From Orbicella franksi (taxonomy: Eukaryota): a stretch of DNA of 64,000 bases. Below, in pieces: positions 45,670-57,364 of the stretch. The notes beneath the pieces were generated by a model. That model did not search any database and was not told the DNA's origin. It was given only the letters and a program-made list of their open reading frames with translations. The DNA lies in the NCBI GenBank assembly GCA_964199315.1, contig OZ116698.1, positions 5,704,001 through 5,768,000 of the forward strand, in the 5' to 3' direction. Position 1 is the stretch's first letter. Each line of letters begins with the position of its first letter. The position numbers and the translations under genes are program-made.

Positions 45670-46617
45670 ATGGCCAAAACTCTGGAGGAAACACTGAACA
45701 AACGGAAAACTAGAGTGTCTTCGTCAGACGAATCTTCGATATCGAACGCTTCTCCAGAAAGCAAAAAATTGAAAAGCGGCGAGCACGCTGTTCGTGTTCA
45801 TGAAGTAAGCGAGCTAGACACAGAAGAAGACGTAAGTTTACCGGCCTTGAATATGACCGAAGAGTTTAGCGACACACTTCAAAACATTTTAAAGAAGCTA
45901 GACAAACTGGACAGTATTGAAAAATCAATGAAAGATTTTCAAGCGACTCTTTTGAAACTTGAAGGATGTGTGCAAAATTTAGAGAGCTGTCACGCCACCA
46001 CAAGACGCGATGTTGATGATATTAAAGAGAGCTTGAATTCATTCGAAGCAGATCGCCAAGAAGCTTCGCAGAGTCTAAAAAAAATGCAAGATAATACCAA
46101 CACGAAGTTAAAAAGCCTGGAGGAGGAGAACCTTAAGCTCGGAGCCAGAGTTAAAGAAGTAGAAGACCAACACCTGTATCTTGAAGCCTACTCTAGACGT
46201 GAAAATTTGAAATTCGAAAGCATTCCAGAGGACGACACGAGCAGAGAAGATACAGAATTGGTGCTACGTTCTTTCCTCGAAAGGGATCTTGGCTATGTTG
46301 ATGCTGCCTCGGTAGAAATCCAACGAGTCCACCGCCTTGGTAAGAAGAAAGAAGGGAAACCGCGGCCTGTTCTAGCAAGATTTCTGAGATTCAAGGATTG
46401 TCAAAGCATGCTCGCTTTAGGTCCCCGACTGCGAGAAACCAATTTTAAGATGTATCAAGATCTGCCTTTTGAGATCGTGGAGCGGCGGAGGGCACAAATG
46501 GATACCTTTAAGAAGGCCAGGAGAAACAACATCCCGGCTTCATTTAGCAAGGCACAGCCCGACAAGCTGTTCATCCGAGGTAAATTTTGGCCTTTGGGTA
46601 AGGAACTTGAACTGTAA
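45670..46617 (+). CDS. L1-type ORF1p (coiled coil, RRM, CTD), 315 aa
   Basis: Heptad region followed by LEAYSRRENLKF...IQRVHRLG...PRPVLARF...DLP.E..ERR. Confidence 0.9.
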   Translation: MAKTLEETLNKRKTRVSSSDESSISNASPESKKLKSGEHAVRVHEVSELDTEEDVSLPALNMTEEFSDTLQNILKKLDKLDSIEKSMKDFQATLLKLEGCVQNLESCHATTRRDVDDIKESLNSFEADRQEASQSLKKMQDNTNTKLKSLEEENLKLGARVKEVEDQHLYLEAYSRRENLKFESIPEDDTSREDTELVLRSFLERDLGYVDAASVEIQRVHRLGKKKEGKPRPVLARFLRFKDCQSMLALGPRLRETNFKMYQDLPFEIVERRRAQMDTFKKARRNNIPASFSKAQPDKLFIRGKFWPLGKELEL

Positions 46618-46916
46618 GCATAATGTGTCCATACATAGTTTTCTATTTGTTGTTGTTGTTATTATTATGCCTGATAGATTCGGCCTCCGCTACATCTAGA
46701 ACTAATATTAGGCGGCTCTAAAATGAAAAATACGAACAAAGTAACGAATGCAACCGTATTCCATCAGCAGTCTTCTAATATTATTGATTTTAAGTGTGTT
46801 TATGTGTAGATATGTAAATATTCGTATTTTTGATTTATTTTGCCAGCTTACACTTTCAAGGTTTATTTCAGCAATGCACTTGAGCGTCTTCGATCAAATT
46901 ATTTTTAACAAAATAT

Positions 46917-49900
46917 ATGAGAAAAATGGATCTCAGAATAGGATCGATTAATACTCGGGGACTAGGAGACAAGTTTAAGAGACGTGAAATTTTCAACTGG
47001 CTCAAATGTAAAAAAATGTCGGTATATTTTATCCAAGAAGTCCATTGTACGGAAGACAATATACATGATTGGAGAGCTGAATGGGGTTACCAGGCATTAT
47101 TCAGCTGTTGTTCTAGTAACAAAGCAGGTGTAGTCATACTTTTTAACAATAATTTCAGTTTTCAGCTCTTGAAAGCTTACACCGATCCCAAGGGACGATT
47201 CATAATATGTGACCTGATTACAAATGGAAAACACATAACCCTAGCAAATATATACGCTCCAAACGAAGATGATCCGAATTTCTTCACCTCTGTTTTTAAT
47301 CAGCTACTCGACTTTAAATGCGAGGAGATAATTGTTGGTGGAGACTTTAACCTAGTAGTGAATGTTGACAAGGACAAAAAAGGTGGTCTTGCCAGATCCC
47401 ACAAAAAATCGCTGGAAGTGATAAACGATTTCTCTGTAAACCTGGATTTAATAGATGCATGGAGAGTTTTAAACCCTGAGAGTTCCAGATTCACGTGGCG
47501 ACAAAAGAAACCTGAAGTTCACTGTAGGCTCGACTTTTTCCTAGTAAATCAGACTACATTTTGTAACACCGTCAGTGCGGACATATTACCAGGATACAAA
47601 ACGGATCATTCCATGATTACATTACAAATCTCGCTGCATTCTAACAATAGAGGACGAGGCTTTTGGAAACTTAACACCTATTTTTTAAATGACATTGAGT
47701 ATGTTAATCGGATAAAATCAATCATAAAACAAACCAAGGTTGAATACGTGCAAGATGATACTGTTAACCCTAATTTACTATGGGAAATGGTTAAATTGAA
47801 AGTGAGAGAGGAGTCCTTGAAATATGGAACTTCTAAGAAAAAGAAACTCGCTAGAAAAGAGGAGGAAATAGAACAAGCAATCGCAACTCTTGAAAAACGT
47901 CTTCCTGAATTTAGTGGCGACAAAACTTGACGAGAACAAGTGTGGTCGGACCTTGAAACAAAGAAACGCGAACTGGCGGCAATAATAGAATACAGGACAA
48001 AAGGAGCAATTTTAAGATCTAAATCTCAATGGTACAATGAAGGTGAGAAAAATACCAAATACTTTCTCAATCTGGAAAAGAGACATTGTAAACAAGGAAC
48101 AATAACCCAGCTCAAAGTCAATGACAACGACCTCATTAGTACAGACAAAGAGATCTTAAAAGAATGTGAATCGTTTTACCAAAATCTTTACAGTTCTAAT
48201 GTAGCTATTTACAACCAAGAAGGGGCTTTCTTCTTTCCACAGCAAGAAAACAAAAAGGTTTTAAATAACGATGAACAATCTCTCTGTGAGGGCGAATTAA
48301 GGAAGAATGAATGTTTAGAAGCGCTGAAAAGTATGGTGACAGATAAATCCCCAGGAACTGATGGTCTCCCCTGCGAATTCTACAAAGTGTTTTGGAATGA
48401 CGTGGCGGAAATTTTGATACACTCTTTTAATTATTCCTACGAAATTGGAAAGCTCTCAATATCACAAAGGAGGGGCATTATTAAGCTCATACCAAAAAAG
48501 GATGCTAACCTTAATTCAATAAAGAACTGGCGACCTTTAACGCTTTTGAATTGCGATTACAAAATTGCAACAAAAGCTATTGCAAGCCGCATCAAAACTT
48601 TCCTGCCAAAACTTGTTTCTGACGATCAAACCAGCTTCATTAGAGACAGATTCATCGGAGAAAATATTCGTTTAATAGACAGCGTCATCAAATTTTCAAA
48701 AGCAAACAATATGCCGGGACTGCTCCTTTTTCTTGAGTTTGAAAAAGCCTTTGATACCCTAGAGTGGCCCTTTATTCGTAAAACCTTCCAATACTTTGGT
48801 TTCGGCCCATCACTGCTGAACTGGTTAAAAGTATTTTACTGCAATAGCGAAAGCTGTATTTTAAACAATGGATGGGCAAGTAATTTCTTTGAGCTCAACC
48901 GGGGAGTCAGGCAAGGTTGCCCTCTGTCACCGTATCTATTCATTCTCTCTGTGGAAGTACTCGCCAATGCAATTTGCCAAAAAAAAGAAATCCGTGGCAT
49001 AATTGTAAAGGACAAAGAAATTAAACTTAGCCAATATGCAGATGACACGACCCTTATTTTAGACGGCTCCGAAGAATCCTTTCTAGAATCTTTGAAGATA
49101 ATAGACTATTTCGGTGATATATCCGGCCTCAGACTTAACAGCAAAAAGACAGAAGCTTTGTGGATCGGTGCAAGTGCGGATTGGGATTTTAAACTTTGCC
49201 CTGAAAAAGACTTCAAATGGCCAAAAAAAAAAGTCAGAGCATTAGGGGTATGGTTGTCAACAGACCCTGATGTAACTATATCTTTGAATTACAAAGATAA
49301 AATAGAAAAAATTAAATTGATTCTGGGATGCTGGAAACTTCGCAGACTTGGCCTTTTAGGTAAAATTACTGTTTTAAAAAGCTTCATAGCTTCACAACTG
49401 GTATATATTTTCTCTCCTCTGCAAACAAATCATACAGCAATAAAGGAGATAAATGTAATGTTTTACAACTTCTTATGGAATGACAAAGGCGACAAAATAA
49501 AAAGAAAGGTAATAATTAATGATTACTCAGAAGGGGGACTTAAAATGATTGATATAACCTCCTTTAATAGATCTCTCAAAGCCACATGGATAAAGAAGTA
49601 TCTAGATAAGGAAAACAATGGAAGCTGGAAAAGATTTTTTGACTCAGAACTTGAAAAATATGGAGGTGAAGTAACACTAACTGGAAATCTAAACATAAAA
49701 GACAGTCGTAACATTATTAAAGTATCAGATCCTTTTTTGAAAGAAATTCTTGAAATCTGGTTAGAAGCCAATTATGAAGAAAAGATTGTATCAGACTATC
49801 ACTTTCGGTCATCGCCCTTATGGTATAATTCACTAATAAGAGTTGGGAATAGACCAGTGTTTTTTAAAGAATGGTTCCTCAAAGGAATAACAAAAGTAGA

Positions 49901-50696
49901 ACATTTAATGGATGACTCCGGAAAGTTTCTCTCGCTCACTGCTTTCCAGACTATACATGACCTGACAGCCCGACCTTTAACCTTTCTTGGAATCATTTCT
50001 TCAATAAAACTTCTTCAAAGATATATACCCCATAACATCAGAACCTCTATTAAACATGAAAATTTCTTGTCAAAATTTTTAAAAAGCAGAAAACCTAGTA
50101 GACTAGTATATAAGAAACTTGTATCAGGAAAAAGTGAACCACCCAATCAAAGTCAACAAAAGTGGCAGGAAGACGTCACTCTCACAACAAAACAAGAGCT
50201 CAACTGGAAAGAGGTTTACCAAATGGCTTTTCAATGTACAAAGAGCACAAAACTTATAACTTTCAATTTTAAATTTCTTCATAGAAGAATATCAACAAAC
50301 AACTTCTTGAAAAAAATTGGTCTCGTCGATAGCGAGAAATGCACTTTCTGCGAAAGAGAAACAGAGAAACTTGTACATTTATTTTGGGCTTGCCCAAAAA
50401 CTCAATATTTTTGGAACAATTTTGAAGTATGGCTACAGTCTTGCCAAGTTATTGCCAAGGAGACACCCTTAGAGCCTGATACAGCACTGGGCCTAAGGCC
50501 GGATAGCTCTAAACATAAACTCCAAATTAACTTCTGCTGCTTAAATGCTAAATATTACATTTGGCTATGTAGACAGAAAAAATGTTCTCCAAAACTAAAT
50601 GATTTCTTACTGTATTTAAAACATATCTATGAAATGGAAAAAAATACAACTACAATCGTTTTAAAAAAGTGGGAGCCTCTGTTGCCTCTTTTATAG
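46917..50696 (+). pseudogene. ORF2p (APE endonuclease, RT, CCHC) with a single in-frame TGA at 47928-47930
   Basis: SINTRGL, QEVH, NIYAPN, GGDFN, RLDFFL, TDH; KSPGTDG, WRPLTLLN, GVRQGCPLSP, QYADD; CTFC...HLFWAC. The two listed ORFs are in the same frame. Confidence 0.93.
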
Positions 50697-51696
50697 TCTC
50701 TTGACAACTCGACCCTAGTCCCCTGAAAACGAAAATAAAAATGAAAGGAAAAGAAACAAGGCGCATATATATATATACCATGCATATTTTCTGTAATTTG
50801 CAACTCGGAATGTACATTAGTGACAGGAGTAAACTGGTATGATCTTACCGTGCTAGAACTGTAAGTAGCGCAAGTAATCTAATTACGTTGTATTGTAAGC
50901 AGTGTAGGTATTAGTATTGTTAGTAGCGTGAGTATGCGTATTATATAGAGTAAGTGTTAGTATCGTAAGTGGCGTAAGTAATAAGTTTTTTGTAAGTAGT
51001 GTAAGTAACTACATTAATATTGTATTGTAAGTAGTGTAAGTAGCATTTAAAAAGAATAAAGAAAAAATAAATAAAAAAAAAAAAAAAAAAAGAATTGGCG
51101 GTTAAGATGGAATCCTCGAAGGTAGTGAGTTACCCCACAGTAAGGAGTGAGATCAGAACTTACAGTTTTGCAAATGACAGGAGACAATATGAAATCAATA
51201 ACCCTTGGCAGGGTAGAGGACCCAACTTGGTGGTAATGGGAATAGTGGACACCCGAGCCTTCAATGGTGATTACGCTCGAGATCCCTTTTGCTTTCAAAA
51301 GATGAATTTGGGAAGTATCAAGCAACTCTTCAGAGGAGAGGAATACCTGTATGAAACCTTAGAAATCAAGCACGGCGGTAATGATTTGGACAATCGAGGC
51401 TATTTCCGATTTCTCCAAGCTACCGAATGTTTCAAGAAGGATCGAGGAAACATGTTGACGGAGAAAGACTGGGGCACAAATAGAAACTGCACACTCTTCT
51501 GTTTTAACAATGCAGCCAACGGTGATCTCTTCAGTTCAGTCCTGAATCCTAAGCAGTTGGGAGAAATCCGTTACATTCTCAACTTTGGAGGGAATCCACC
51601 GGCTAACTTCACAGTCATCTTGTTTGCCGAATTTGAGAATCTCTTGGAAATCGACAAGAACAAAGCCGTCACCTACGATGTGTATCAGCGTTAACT

Positions 51697-52272
51697 ATGC
51701 AAAAGATTGCTCTGACTGACACTCAATTAGACGAACTTGTTGCAAGTCAACCAATATTACAACAGTATTACGAAGGAACTTATGCCTGTGACGAATTACC
51801 CAGGAAACCCGTTAAAAATAGACCGGCTGCCTACATCGTGAACACAGATCCAGCAGGTCAACCTGGTGAACACTGGATAGCTCTTTGGACACGAGATGGA
51901 GTGTGTGAAATCTTCGATAGTTATGCGGTACCTTTAGACGTGTACGGACAAAAAACAACAGATCCTCTTTATGCATGGTTGGAAAAATGGTGGAAGATGA
52001 ATGTCAAGAGAAACGCACATGCCCTTCAGTCTCTTAGTAGTAAAAGTTGTGGAGACTATACCTTCTTTTTGTTGAACAGAGCCCAGGGAAAAAGCATGAA
52101 CGACTTTCAGGACATGTTTACTCGAAGAGATTACAAATGGAACGACAATAAGATAGGAAGAATGTTAGAGAAACTGATAGTGAACGAAAGAAAGTTTCGT
52201 GAAAAAGCACGTCAATTTAGACAATCTACTAGACTTTCTCAGGGTATTTGTCATTATTTGCACATGATGTAA
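51697..52272 (+). CDS. Adenain-like cysteine (maturation) protease
   Basis: IVNTDP..QPGEHWIAL (His), FDSY (Asp), LQS..SKSCG (Gln, Cys). Confidence 0.92.
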   Translation: MQKIALTDTQLDELVASQPILQQYYEGTYACDELPRKPVKNRPAAYIVNTDPAGQPGEHWIALWTRDGVCEIFDSYAVPLDVYGQKTTDPLYAWLEKWWKMNVKRNAHALQSLSSKSCGDYTFFLLNRAQGKSMNDFQDMFTRRDYKWNDNKIGRMLEKLIVNERKFREKARQFRQSTRLSQGICHYLHMM

Positions 52273-52292
52273 TGGTTGTAATAAAACTTACT

Positions 52293-52538
52293 TTATAGTT
52301 TACTCTTGAGTCGATGTTCGCGTGAAAGTGGTTCACCAAAATTGACAGTTTTGCAAACGGGACAAAACTGTTGAATGGGATGTAATCTAAAATTGACGTA
52401 AAGTCTGCAACCGAAATGATACCAACTCCCACAGCAGTGAGTCTTGGTGACACAGTGAACACGATTGGCACTATTGGGATGGTCAAAATATACTTTCGAG
52501 CAGAACAAACAGAATCGGGATTCCCACGGAAGACTCAT
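52293..52538 (-). CDS. Small RING-like protein
   Basis: CLFC...CCGSWYHFGC...CPVC. Confidence 0.65.
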   Translation of the reverse strand: MSLPWESRFCLFCSKVYFDHPNSANRVHCVTKTHCCGSWYHFGCRLYVNFRLHPIQQFCPVCKTVNFGEPLSREHRLKSKL

Positions 52539-52620
52539 TCAACAAAACCTGAAAAATGAAAAAACATCCATATAAACTCAAAGTGAATAGTAGATCTTTC
52601 ATTTGGAACGTGTGTCAAGT

Positions 52621-55586
52621 ATGGCTAAATGTTCTGCTTTCAAATTTTATACTCCTTCGAGTATCATGTGTGTCGGACCGAGTGGAAGTGGAAAAACGTT
52701 TTTCACGACGGAACTGGTCACGAAAAACCTACACTTGTTTGAGAAAAGACCCAAAGCGATTTATTTTTGCTATAGTATCTGGCAACCGAGTTACGACACC
52801 ATGAAGAAAAATGGTGTGAAATTTTACCAGGGTATTCCAGACACAAAGCTATTACCTAAATGGTTTCCTAAAGGAGGTTTACTCATCATGGACGATCTGA
52901 TGGAGGAGGCAGGAAACAACAAGAGAGTCTTGGATCTTTTTACCAAGGAATCACATCATCACGATATTACGGTCATGTATTTGAGTCAGGACACGTTTCC
53001 TCCAGGAAAGTTTGCCAAGAGTATTTCAAGAAACGCACATTACGTTATCACCTTCAAGAATCCTAGGGATAATAATAATAATAATAATAGACTTGTATAG
53101 CGCTAGAACTATACAAACATACTCAAAAGCGCTTTACATTAAGTTAAAATAAATGAATAAATGGAAATCACTAAACTTTAAAACTATTACAACAACTATG
53201 CTAAACTTTAAAACTATTTCCACAAGTCAAAAGCTTTCTTGAAAAGAAATGTTTTCAGTTGCTTTTTGAAAATGGCGAGGCTGCTACTTGTTCTTATAGT
53301 TAATGGCAGCGAGTTCCATAAAACAGGTGCAGCATGAGCAAAGGCCCGATCCCCAAGTGTAGAGCAGTTGACTTTTGGAACAACCAGAAGAGATTTTGCA
53401 GACGAACGAAGAGCGTAATTAGTAGCTGGTTTCAGGGATAAAAGATCATTTATGTAGGAAGGACTTTGGTTGTGTAGTGCCTTGTAAACAAGAAGAAGCA
53501 ATTTAAACTGAACTCTAAACGATACTGGGAGCCAATGTAAGTCGATAAGAGCAGGTGTGATATGATCAAATTTCGCAATCCGAAAAATCACTCTAGCCGC
53601 GGCATTCTGAACTTTCTGTAAACGATCAATCTGGTATTTAGGTAGACCAAATAGAAGTGCATTGCAGTAATCAAGGTGCAAAGATACAAAGGCGTGGATC
53701 AGTGTCTTTGTGGATTGCGCAGTAAGGAATTTTCTGATCTGTCTTATGTTGTATAGTCCGCGAAAAGCCTTGCTACAAATCTTGCCAATGTGAACATTCA
53801 TTCGCATATGAGCATCGAACCAGGCCCCAAGGTTCCGGACGCTTTCTAACTGTTTAATGACAGTGTCGCCAATGATAATAGAATCAATAGATGTTTTTTC
53901 AAGTTGTTGACGGGAGCCAATAATTAGAAATTCAGTTTTCGCGTCATTGATCATTAGACGATTACCAATAAACCAAGAGCGGACATCAGCGATGCACTTT
54001 TCAATGACAGAGACAGCGTTAAATTCCGAATGGATAGAACAAGGTCGGAAGGAAAGGTAAATCTGGGTGTCGTCAGCGTAACCATGGACGGAAGGGAGGT
54101 GCTGTGAAATAATGTTAAAGAGACGGGAGACGTAGAGAGTAAATAAAATAGGGCCCATACAACTGCCCTGGGGGACTCCACAGTTCAGATTGAAGTCGTC
54201 AGAAGTCTTATCACCGACAAGTATACGTTGTTTGCGACCAGACAGAAATGAGTCGAACCAATTTAAAGCAGTTCCGACGACTCCAAAATCCTGTTGCAAA
54301 ATATTAAGAAGAATGCAATGTTCAATGGTATCAAAAGCAGCACTTAGGTCCAGAAGTACGAGAAGTGTCACTTGCTTATTATCCATACTCATTAGGATGT
54401 TGTTTTGAACCTTCAATAGAGCAGTCTCTGTCAAGTGATACTTACGGAAGCTGGACTGGAATTTAGGAAGAGGGGCATTTTTCTCACAGTGGGCGAGAAG
54501 TTGTTGAAGTGCAGCCTTTTCCACTACCTTGGAAATGAATGGTAGATTACTGACTGGACGGAAATTCTTGTAGACCAAATCAAGTCCAGGTTTTTTCAAT
54601 AGAGGGATGACAACAGCGGTTCTCCAATTTTCTGGAACGGAACCACTGAGAAGAGAGAGATTAACCATCTCAGTGATAGAGGGCGCTAGTACATCAAGAC
54701 AGGACTTCACGAGCCATGTAGGAAGAGGATCCAATCGACAAGAGGCATTAGAGGATTCTCGAACAATCCTACACACTTCTATGGATAACGAAGAAAAATT
54801 CTCCAGATTCTCCTTCGGAGTGACAGGAACAAGTCGAGGCACTTGAACTTGAAACTTGTCAAGATTTTCCTTTATGGTTTCAATTTTTTTGAGGAAAAAG
54901 GTGCCAAATTCGTTTGCAAGCTTAGTGGGATCATCGTGCTCTGGAAGAGCCATCTCAAGTGGCTCCCTGGACAAAGAATTAACCACACGAAATAGCTTGC
55001 GAGAGTCACCCGCACACTGATCAATTAAGTTTGAGTAATAATTCACACGTGCAGATTTAAGAGATGCAGAGTACTGATTACGAACTCTATGGTAATTATT
55101 CCAGTCTCCAGCGAGGTCAGTTTTCAAGGCTTTCTTTTCAAGGCGACGACATTTACGCTTGAGTTGTTTAATGTCATCATTAAACCACGGGATCTTTGGA
55201 CGATTTTTTATAATCCTTGTCTTAAGCGGGGCATACTTGTCCAAAATGTCATTAAGGGTCGTGTTAAAGCAGTCGGAGAGGGCATCAATGTTGTCCCAGT
55301 GTACGCCTGCACAAAGCATAGAAGAGGCAATATCAGCTGAGAATTCGGCAATATCAATATTTTTGAGTTTACAAAATGTGGGTTTGCGAAATTTACTGAC
55401 GCAATCGTTTCCCATGCGTTGGAAGGAGGTTCAACCACATACCAACGAATAACCCAAAGACCTTATGGTTACATGGTATTGGATTTTCACCCGAGTTCCC
55501 CTGACAATGTGAGAGTGGTCAGTCACCTATTAGAATCAGAAGGTCCTAATCATTGTTATCAGTTCAAGCAAAATGTTGAGAAGTGA
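52621..55586 (+). pseudogene. Genome-packaging ATPase (FtsK/A32-like), split by a LINE and frameshifted
   Basis: Walker A GPSGSGKT, Walker B LLIMDDL, KESHH, SRNAHY.ITFKNPRD. It resumes at 55375 as NVGLRNLLTQSFP...RPYGYMVLDFHP. Confidence 0.92.
53074..55377 (-). mobile_element. 5'-truncated CR1/L2-group LINE (open RT frame 53214-55377) inserted in the ATPase
   Basis: FRPVSNLPF, LDLSAAFDT, GVPQGSC.GP, GYADD, HLDYCN; 3' tail is (AAT)n on the + strand; AAT at both junctions. Confidence 0.93.
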
Positions 55587-55588
55587 AG

Positions 55589-55873
55589 ATGGTTGGTGGA
55601 AGGATTTCGTTTGGGCTTTGTGTCAGTATCGAGACAAAGGATGTACAAAAAGACAGAGTTTTTATTAATTTTGTGTTGTATGAAGCTCGTGGAGTGAGGG
55701 ATTTGAGAAGAAATATCGTGGAGTATGAAGACCAAGCGAAAAGAGCCTTCATGCAAAGAAAACAGTTGATAAAGCGAACAAGACACATGATAGAGTATTT
55801 GATTAGAGACGAAGTGGAAACACTTCATTCGACAGAAGAGACTGACCAACGAAGCTTGGTTCCAACATGCTAA
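55589..55873 (+). CDS. Viral hypothetical protein, paralog A
   Basis: Contains INFVLYEARGVRDLRRNIVEYE. Confidence 0.6.
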   Translation: MVGGRISFGLCVSIETKDVQKDRVFINFVLYEARGVRDLRRNIVEYEDQAKRAFMQRKQLIKRTRHMIEYLIRDEVETLHSTEETDQRSLVPTC

Positions 55874-56160
55874 GAAGCGAGCTTGAGTGGTGGCCATACT
55901 TCATCTTCTTTTTAGAAAAGACAAAAGAGCATTTACTCACGTCACCCTGGGAAATCGAGGTAGTTAATAGACTACTAGTAGAATGTGACGGTATCAGAGA
56001 TTTACGTAGAATAATGAACGAAGTAGAAAAAACAAGCGTTAGGTCAGCATTGGATCACATCAATGGATATCCAAATTTGGGTATGAAGTTGAGACGCGAT
56101 ATAAAGAAAGCCAAGCATGTTGCCAAAATCATTCGTCCCTTTCGTTCCAAGCGAGTGTGA
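55867..56160 (+). CDS. Viral hypothetical protein, paralog B
   Basis: Contains VNRLLVECDGIRDLRRIMNEVE. Confidence 0.6.
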   Translation: MLRSELEWWPYFIFFLEKTKEHLLTSPWEIEVVNRLLVECDGIRDLRRIMNEVEKTSVRSALDHINGYPNLGMKLRRDIKKAKHVAKIIRPFRSKRV

Positions 56161-56178
56161 CCTCTACTTTTTGACAGG

Positions 56179-56805
56179 ATGAGTGAATCATCGATTAACA
56201 ATACACCCACTATTTTGGAAAAATGGTTAGTGAAAAGAGGACCTATTGAGGATGTGTTGAAGGGAATTTATGCTCCTAAGAGCTACGAATTGGTTAAACC
56301 ACATGATGGAACCAATACGACTCTGTCTACCTGGTTAGAACAGGGTGCAAGTCTCCAAACGGCAAGACACATGGAGGATCACAAGCAGCATCTTTGTCAT
56401 AAGAACGAAGTCAGAAATGACTCAGGAAGGGTGAAAATTCCTTGGTTCAAGAGATTCATGAATGTTTTGAGAGCCAACTACAAACTTGCAAACCTAGGTG
56501 ACATTGATTATCCAGCTCTTAAAAAAATGAAATGGGCAGCCTGTCCAGCCGAAGTCTGTGAATTGGCCGACGAGCATAATGAGACCTATTTCAGTGACGA
56601 ATTGCACGAGTGGCACGACATGATTCAGAAGAGTATAAGAGGTGAGGAAGACAGTGATGAGGACAGTGACGGTTACGAGAGTGACGAGAGTAACATATCT
56701 ATGATCACCAGTCCTGGTCAAAAACGAAAACGACCTCGAAGAAGTATTAGAATCGCTGAGATAGAATGGCAGCATCGAGGACCCCTTCACCACGTTGGTC
56801 ACTAA
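56179..56805 (+). CDS. Viral hypothetical protein with acidic tract and NLS
   Basis: 208-aa ORF; EEDSDEDSDGYESDE then SPGQKRKRPRR. Confidence 0.65.
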   Translation: MSESSINNTPTILEKWLVKRGPIEDVLKGIYAPKSYELVKPHDGTNTTLSTWLEQGASLQTARHMEDHKQHLCHKNEVRNDSGRVKIPWFKRFMNVLRANYKLANLGDIDYPALKKMKWAACPAEVCELADEHNETYFSDELHEWHDMIQKSIRGEEDSDEDSDGYESDESNISMITSPGQKRKRPRRSIRIAEIEWQHRGPLHHVGH

Positions 56806-57359
56806 GTCGATCTCCCTCTCCCAGAATTTCTCCTGTTGGAGTTGGAGTGGCTTTGTCACCTTTATTTGCAGACTCAAACATAGACTTTAGTAGCATTACT
56901 CCTGTTACTGTAGGAGTTGGATCATCAGCTGCACCTACAACAGCAGCTCCGATTCCCACCTCGGTAGGTGTAGCAACTACAACGCAACCTGCAGTGACCG
57001 TTCCTACTCAGGCCGGAGTAGCTTCGACAAGTCGTAGTAGAAATAGATCTAGAAGTAGAAGTAGAAGTAGAAGTACTAGTTCAGCAGGGAGTAGACAAAG
57101 ATCTACACCCTCACCGAGACAGAGACAACCCATTGGAAACGTTGGAACTGCAGCTGGTACTAGTTCTACAACACGGGGAACTACTAGAATGAATCAAGAC
57201 GAATTACAGAGACAATTAGAACTTCTTCTGAACGACCAGCGACAAACGGCTGAAGGACGAAGAATAGCGGGGATCACAACCACTAACACCATCACCACCG
57301 CGTATAAAGACGGTGGTCCACCTAGAGTGGCTTGCACTTCGACTAGAGTACGAAATTAG
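56766..57359 (+). CDS. Thr/Ser-rich viral protein with an RS-dipeptide tract
   Basis: SRSRNRSRSRSRSRS encoded by AGTAGA repeats. Confidence 0.6.
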   Translation: MAASRTPSPRWSLSRSPSPRISPVGVGVALSPLFADSNIDFSSITPVTVGVGSSAAPTTAAPIPTSVGVATTTQPAVTVPTQAGVASTSRSRNRSRSRSRSRSTSSAGSRQRSTPSPRQRQPIGNVGTAAGTSSTTRGTTRMNQDELQRQLELLLNDQRQTAEGRRIAGITTTNTITTAYKDGGPPRVACTSTRVRN

Positions 57360-57364
57360 ACACA

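Larger units (their letters stand above)
45591..51090 (+). mobile_element. Full-length (5.5 kb) Tx1/L1-clade LINE inserted in the MCP gene
   Basis: Perfect 14-bp TSD AGAATTGGCGGTTA (45577-45590, 51091-51104); poly(A) tail; ORF1 and ORF2. Confidence 0.96.
44798..51694 (+). pseudogene. Double-jelly-roll major capsid protein, split by a LINE (44798-45590 plus 51105-51694), with in-frame stops
   Basis: FPVNNLAHSM.KQ...YAYKAYIETLL; FKPHSELF..NKLLIPG; after removing the LINE, YRELAV-KMESSKVVSYP; AFNGDYARDPF.FQ; VILFAEFEN.LEID. Confidence 0.93.

Noticed and set aside
46917-55415. Reverse transcriptases as part of the virus (retron/DGR-like system)
   Set aside because: Both are ordinary LINEs with TSD or tail signatures, and excising them restores the MCP and ATPase frames.
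53214-55415. The 733-aa ORF starting at 55415 as a complete gene
   Set aside because: Its first 13 or so codons are antisense ATPase sequence; the LINE is 5'-truncated at about 55377.
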